A program made the translations under genes and the position numbers. Below, in pieces: positions 57,787 to 64,000 of a stretch of DNA of 64,000 bases. Each line of letters begins with the position of its first letter. Positions within the stretch are counted from its first letter, which is position 1. This DNA comes from the human T2T-CHM13v2.0 reference genome, Homo sapiens, in the NCBI RefSeq assembly GCF_009914755.1, contig NC_060947.1. One strand, given 5' to 3'. A model generated the notes under the pieces. It was not told where the DNA came from. It ran no database searches and was given only the letters and a program-made list of their open reading frames with translations.

Positions 57787-57998
57787 ATATTAGTTTTGTA
57801 GAACTTCTGTAACAAATTTCCACAAACTGAATGGCTTGGCTTAAAACACCAGAAGTATATCCTCTCACGGTTCTGGAGTCCAGAAGTCCAAAGTCAAGAT
57901 GGGGGCAGGGTTGTTTGCGTCTGGAGCCTCTACAGGAGGATCCTTCCTGCCTCCTCCAGCTCTTGGTGGCGCCAGGCTCCAGTTCCCTTGTAGATGCT
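57787..57998 (-). mobile_element. MLT1C-like LTR fragment
   Basis: TGTAACAAATTTCCACAAACTG...CTCTCACGGTTCTGGAGTCCAGAAGTCC...GGATCCTTCCTGCCTC. Confidence 0.8.
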
Positions 57999-58369
57999 AC
58001 AAGGGAACTCTTGTTTATAGTCGGGATAGAAATTACACAAAACCCGGTCTTGATTGGGGATACCTTTTGGAGTACTGGCAAGTTGCCGCATGGACTGAGC
58101 CTTCCGATCGGAGTTTGCTGTCTTGCTGGTGATCTGCCTGGATGCCGGTGCACACACTAATCCCTGAACACACTAAGCATTGCGCTTGCTGTTGTTTAAC
58201 TTTTCATCCATGATTGAATTCAGGAGTTCTTTTTTTAAAATGGCCATTTTTAAAGATTTCTAATTGGGAGTTTTTCTTCTGAAAAGAATACCCGTAAAGC
58301 AAACTATTTAAACTATACACTGAGAGACGTATGTTCATTCTTGTATCCATAACAGTTAAGAATCATTAC

Positions 58370-58952
58370 CTATTACTAGCATAGGCACAAAGCGTCTCCT
58401 CTAAGACATTTGTTAATTACAAAAGGGACAAAAGTAGTGACATGTGGGGAAGAAACCCAGCAGATACCACCTAGGTGGTCAAGGTCATCATCATCATCAC
58501 GATGAGGGCATGTTGACACCCTGTGATAATCTGAGAAGGACTCAGCATCACTCCTGTGGTGTTCCTGCCAAAAATGCGTAAGAGTCTAATCACGAGAAAA
58601 ATTAGACAAACCCAAACTGAGAGGCATTCTGCAAAACACCTCTCCTGCTCCTCCAAAGCATTACGAGTGACAAGGGAAGAACGGGGAACCATCACAGGTC
58701 AAAGGGGATGTGCTGACTATAGGAATGTGGGCTCCTGGGAGAGAGAAAGGGCGGAAGGAGAAACCGGTGAAATTGGGTAAGTCTGTAGTTCACTTACTTG
58801 TGCTGTGCCGGGTCTTAACTTTCTTATATTTTGCTAATTGCTATGTTTGTGTAAGATGTCAACATAAGTGGAAGCTGGGTGGCAGTTATATGCAACTCTG
58901 TGCTATTTCTGCAGCTTATTGTAAGTCTAAAAATTATTTCAAGATTAAAAGT
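58370..58952 (+). mobile_element. L1MC4-like 3' end
   Basis: CAGCATCACTCCTGTGGTGTTCCTGCCAAAAATG...AGACAAACCCAAACTGAGAGGCATTCTGCAAAA...GTAAGTCTAAAAATTATTTC. Confidence 0.8.
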
Positions 58953-59699
58953 TTTTTTTTTTAAAGTCACTCAGATGAAAACACGAATAAGTAAAAAAAA
59001 CATAAAAAGAGAGAAAAAAGGAGCCATTTATATGATTAACTTTTTGGTTGGTGTCGCCATAAGTTTTTTCAGTTCGGATTCTTAGTAAAGGATGTGGATC
59101 AAAACAAATCTTCATACTAAAACATCAGCAGAGACCTTATTTCATTTGAACAAAATATCATGAAGTCAGGATTCGTTTTGCATTTGAATCTTGAACATTT
59201 AAGTTTTTTAGGAAATTTGTGGTGCTCCTGTCCTTGAAAGGAAGCCCACATATGTTCAAAATGCAGTATCTTTTAAATGCATTTGAATTTTTTAAAGTTT
59301 TGGTGTTTGTTGTTTTTGGTTGTTTATTGCTTTGATTTTTCATGAGCAGTGCTGTTCAGGGGTACTGTTATTGTCAGTTTTAAATCACTGCTGCAGCATA
59401 CTTCATTTGATCTTGAGACTTGCCATGAGTCTTACTGTGGGGGTGGGGAGGATGGGGAAAGAAACCATTGAGTATGAGTTGGCATGTCCCACAGAACAGC
59501 GGGCGGACACTTCAGGGAGCTGTGCCTTTCTCAGAGACTCGAGGGCTATGCCCAAATCGTTATGCAGTGTGTATGTGTGGGGGGGATAGTTGGGGGGACG
59601 GGTATGGGGAAAGGAGTAATCTACCAGGGACGACCCAGGACAGATCCCAGAGCCAGGAATGAGGGTTGGATCTTGGGCAAGGCCATCTCTGCCATGACT

Positions 59700-59855
59700 G
59701 CTTGTGGGAACTCCTGCTTACTCCCCGTGACCCTGAGCAAAACTTCCAAGTTTGAAGCCTCAATTTTATGCTCTGTCAAAGAAACTAGTTTTTCACCCTC
59801 CACCAGAGGATGGAGTATCATTCTCCACGTGAAGCACTCAGCACAGCGCCTGTCC
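59700..59855 (+). mobile_element. MIR fragment
   Basis: GTGACCCTGAGCAA...GCCTCAATTTT...GTGAAGCACTCAGCACAGCGCCTG. Confidence 0.55.
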
Positions 59856-61047
59856 CCTCTGCAGACATGATGCCAATCTGTGATGATGTTCTCTTCTGTC
59901 AGCATTTTACAAAGCAGATGAGAGCGTTCACTTGCACAGCCTCCTGTTGACCTTTCTTCTCTCAGACGCCTTGCTGTAGATCCCAATCGACTGCTTTTCC
60001 TTGGCCAGCCGATTCATGCAGTCTCTTGCTTACTTAATACTGTTGATATATTTAAATTATTGTTTAATAAATACTTGTTATTCTGGAGTATATTTGTTCA
60101 TCCAAGGATGGTTTACTACTGCTTGCTTTGTGCAGGTTATAACAGGTAAGGGGGTGGAGGTGTGTGCAGAGCATCAGCTGGTCATCAGCCATCTTGCGGG
60201 AGTGCCCAGAGGGGGGAAGAGCAAAGCCTACCCCTTCTACGGAGTGTGAGGGAGGCAGGCTTGGGTGGAGGCAGGACTGCACCAGCCTTCCAGAGCTCAG
60301 AGAGGTGACACCTGAGCCAAGTGACACACACATGATAAAGAGGAGGTTTCTGGAGTCCAGAGGAGGAAGGCATCCTTGGCTAAGAGGACAGCATGAACTC
60401 ATAGGGTACCTCCAGGAATTTTTCCCCTGGGCAGTAGGGGCAGAGAAAGGTACCCAGGGGGGCAGGGGATAAGGACTGGCATGGAGCATGGGCTCGATAT
60501 CAGCCTGCTGATTTTAATGAAAGCCGTTTGGTCACCTGAAGAACAGCTTTGATTTTACTTCTGTAATCTAAACTCTTTTGAGTTGGAATATAAAACTCAG
60601 TGTTCCATGTGACAAAGGGGTTTTTAAATTGGTCATTCCCTTAAACATCTTTACATTTTCGTATCTGTTGATGTCATTTTTTTCCCCATTGCTGACTCCT
60701 GTTCCTGTCTTCTATTTCTGCTCTTGACTTAATAATTCTTGGCTTCTTGACGTTTATCATTGCCGACTGCTCTGAATCCTCATCTTCCCTTCATTTATTT
60801 CCATTTGTCCGCTCTGTTTACTGCCTGAGATGTTGACCTTTTTTCCAAGCATGCACTAAGCGGCATTTTAAAGAAGCAGCATCATGTCATAGCTCCTGGT
60901 AGTGGGGCTGGGCCTATTCATCTTGGGGCTTCTTTATCTACCTTGGTTGTAGGTAGTTAAGAAAATCTTAACCCTTGGGTCATTATTTCTATAGTGGGTC
61001 AAAGAGATGACCACGTTACTAAAACTTTCATGTCTAGTTGCATATTC

Positions 61048-61430
61048 TGTTTTTTTTATTGTGGTAAGATATACATTACGTAATACATTTGTAAGTGTAC
61101 AATTCAGTGGTATGAAAACATTCACAATGTTGTGTAGCCATCACCCTCTTACACCTAAACATTTTTCCATTATCCTTCTCCAAAACTCTCTGCTCATTAT
61201 ACAATAACTGGCCCTTCCACACTCCCCTCCCCACACTCAGTCCCTGGTGACTTCTCTTTTTTCTCTTTATTTGCCTATTCTAGGTACCCCATAGAAGAGG
61301 AATCATATAACATTTATCCTTCTGCGTCTGGCTTATTTCCCTAAGCATAATGTTTTCAAAGTCCATCCGTGTTATAGCATATATCAAAATGTCATCGTAT
61401 TTTTGTGGCCGAATACTAATCCGTTGTAGG
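61048..61430 (-). mobile_element. L1MB 3' end
   Basis: TTTATTGTGGTAAGATATAC...CTGGCTTATTTCCCTAAGCATAATGTTTTCAAAGTCCATCC. Confidence 0.88.
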
Positions 61431-61710
61431 GTCACTCACACGCACACACATAGAGTAGCTGTGAGTACAGTGCCCAGATTGGTACAGAAAGGCCACAGTG
61501 CTCATGGGTCTGTCCATTTTACATGCTGTACCGTGTGCTTCATGGGAAATAATATTTCTTCTGTGAGTTTTCTTGTACATTGCTTGTTTCCAGACTTCTA
61601 AAGGGGTGGTTGTGGGGATGTGGTGCTGTGTCTCAGGTATACTCTGCTTATGAAATAGCGGGTGTGATGGAAGGGTGGAGAAAGGGAGTTGAGTAATAAT
61701 GTTCACCTGG

Positions 61711-62101
<391 letters not shown>

Positions 62102-62235
62102 CTAAACACTGCCAACCTTGACCTACCTCTGAAAGCCAGTGGGATGAGGTCTAGGGCCAGGTGGGAACCTTGGGAAAGGCATGCCCTACTGTTTGACCAA
62201 GGGGATGAGGAGGCTGGGTACTCCAGTGATGGAGA

Positions 62236-62490
62236 CCCTTTCCCCACCTTTTCTCTCACCTCTCCTCCACCCAGTGCCCTTTCACCTTTCCTTTCCAGCC
62301 CCACACCCATCCTTCCGCCCCACTTCCCCATTTATTTCTCTCTGCTCTTTCATTTCCGTGGCCAGCCGCCTCCCAAGCCCTGCCCTCAAGCTTCCCCTCC
62401 CTTTTCTTTCATGCCCATAGCCTACCTGGATCTCCTCTCCCTCGTCGGGCCCACCTCCCTCCACCCTTGGGATCCTGGTCACCCCCTCCA
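62236..62490. repeat. Pyrimidine (C/T)-rich low-complexity tract
   Basis: About 250 nt dominated by C/T runs. Confidence 0.6.
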
Positions 62491-64000
62491 CTGCAAGGGG
62501 GAGAAGGGCTGCACTGTGTGGAGGGTTCTCCCTACCTTGGCTGTGTTCTGGGGATTTCCCACCAGCCCTTGCGCTGCACTGGTGATGCCCGATGTAGCTG
62601 AAACTCTGCCCCGCTCGGGGTTACTGGCCTGGGATCAGCATAGGAGATGGGTTTAAAACAGGATGCAGGGAGGCTGCTGGCAGACAGTTATTTGAGGAAA
62701 TGCATTTCTTAGGATATAGCTTTCAAGAAGGTGCTGTTATTGTGCGTCACACATAGAGTGGCTGTAATGCGCCAGGGCAAATGAAAATTATGTTTATAAA
62801 ATAGGGCACCTTGTCAAGATTAACTTGTGTGAAATTCCCAAGAATATACCTCAAACAGTTTTTTATGTCAGTGCATGATATTGTAGTAACTCTCCCAGTT
62901 CTAGATATCTTTATTTTAAAAGGAATGCTTGTGTGCAGACACATTTTTAGGTGGAGGTTAGTATGTTTTAGTTCTCAGGATTTCTAGGAGAATAAATAGC
63001 CATAACTTGATAGGATTGGTATGAATAGTACTTGGTCTTGGGAAGTTTTCTCCATGAAAATGTTTCATGTTGACGTTTTGCTCCCTCCCGTCTTGGTTTT
63101 ACACTCATTCTTCACAGAACTGTCATTTATAGGAACTTATCCCCTGGCCATCTCTATAGGTGTCTTTCTTGCCCAGATAAGGTGAGAATCATTTTGGAAA
63201 CCAACTTCTTGAGAATCCACAAGAAATGGGTTTTAGCCACAAGGGATCATTGCATTGCATTCTATAAGATGAGAGCTTCTACAAGAAAAAATTCTGGAGC
63301 CAGATATTTTAGGGAAGACAGGGGGCTGATAAGTGAATTGTTATTTTAAATGGTTTTCATTTCCCCTCATCCTGATTTAGAAGAGGAGAGAAAACTCTCC
63401 TTAGAATCAGTGGGTAGTCCTGACTTGAATGGGTTTATTTTCTTTTTCTCTCTTGAATTGTCGGTGTATACCCGTGTCTTTCTTGGTTTATCCTTCATCC
63501 CCATTCCTCCGGATACCCCTATTTGCATTTAATCTGTTTGGTCACATAACCTCTCAAGTAGCGATCTTGGAGGTTTCAAAACTTAACATTTCATTTTCCC
63601 CGCTGGGTCAACTACCAGTCTGGAAGCACCAGGGTTTCCAAGGTTAGGTTACAGTGAAGGCACAGGGGACATCTTCCTGTCTCCTCTGCAGAGCCAGCGC
63701 CACTGTGCAGTGGGGTGTGGACCCCGGCTCCTCCCCAGGCTCCCAGGCCTGCAGCTGGCACAGGGGTCCCCAGAACCTGTGAGGGGGTCCTTCCCTCTGC
63801 CTCCCTGAGGGACTTGGTGATTCTTAGCCCTCTCTAACAGAGGGAGAAGACGCTGTCAAAAATGTGGTTTGCCCAAACCCACATAGAGCTGGGAAAGGGG
63901 CCAGGGACTCAAATAGCAGAGATTTCCTGGCCATCCATCAGTCAGGTTACATCAGTATACTCCATGTGGATTCCACTGGGTGCCGGCCTGGTGGCTGACC

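Noticed and set aside
62144-62656. 170-aa Pro/Ser/Phe-rich ORF
   Set aside because: Explained by the C/T-rich low-complexity tract, which lacks stop codons.

Overview
Primate genomic DNA, most likely human or African great ape, given an AluYc1-type insertion. I could not support any protein-coding sequence, structural RNA gene, CRISPR array or CpG island. The window is mostly transposable-element relics: about 27 Alu-derived pieces, old L1MB/MC/ME and HAL1 fragments, L2/MIR, MaLR LTRs (MLT1, THE1D), a nested MER4 LTR pair, and hAT/Tigger DNA transposons including five MER20s. It also holds a ~1.25 kb TG-rich complex minisatellite. Mostly antisense L1 fragments and several + strand splice-like signals suggest a large intron of a + strand gene, which I cannot name. 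Nearly all long ORFs in the track are repeat artefacts. I found no convincing novel biological system. The best leads are the GATA/RUNX-motif-rich UG minisatellite, a very young AluYc1 in an inverted Alu cluster, a candidate 31-nt micro-exon, the local excess of MER20, and the LTR-in-LTR insertion. Repeat subfamilies were assigned by eye from remembered consensus sequences, and boundaries of old elements are approximate.
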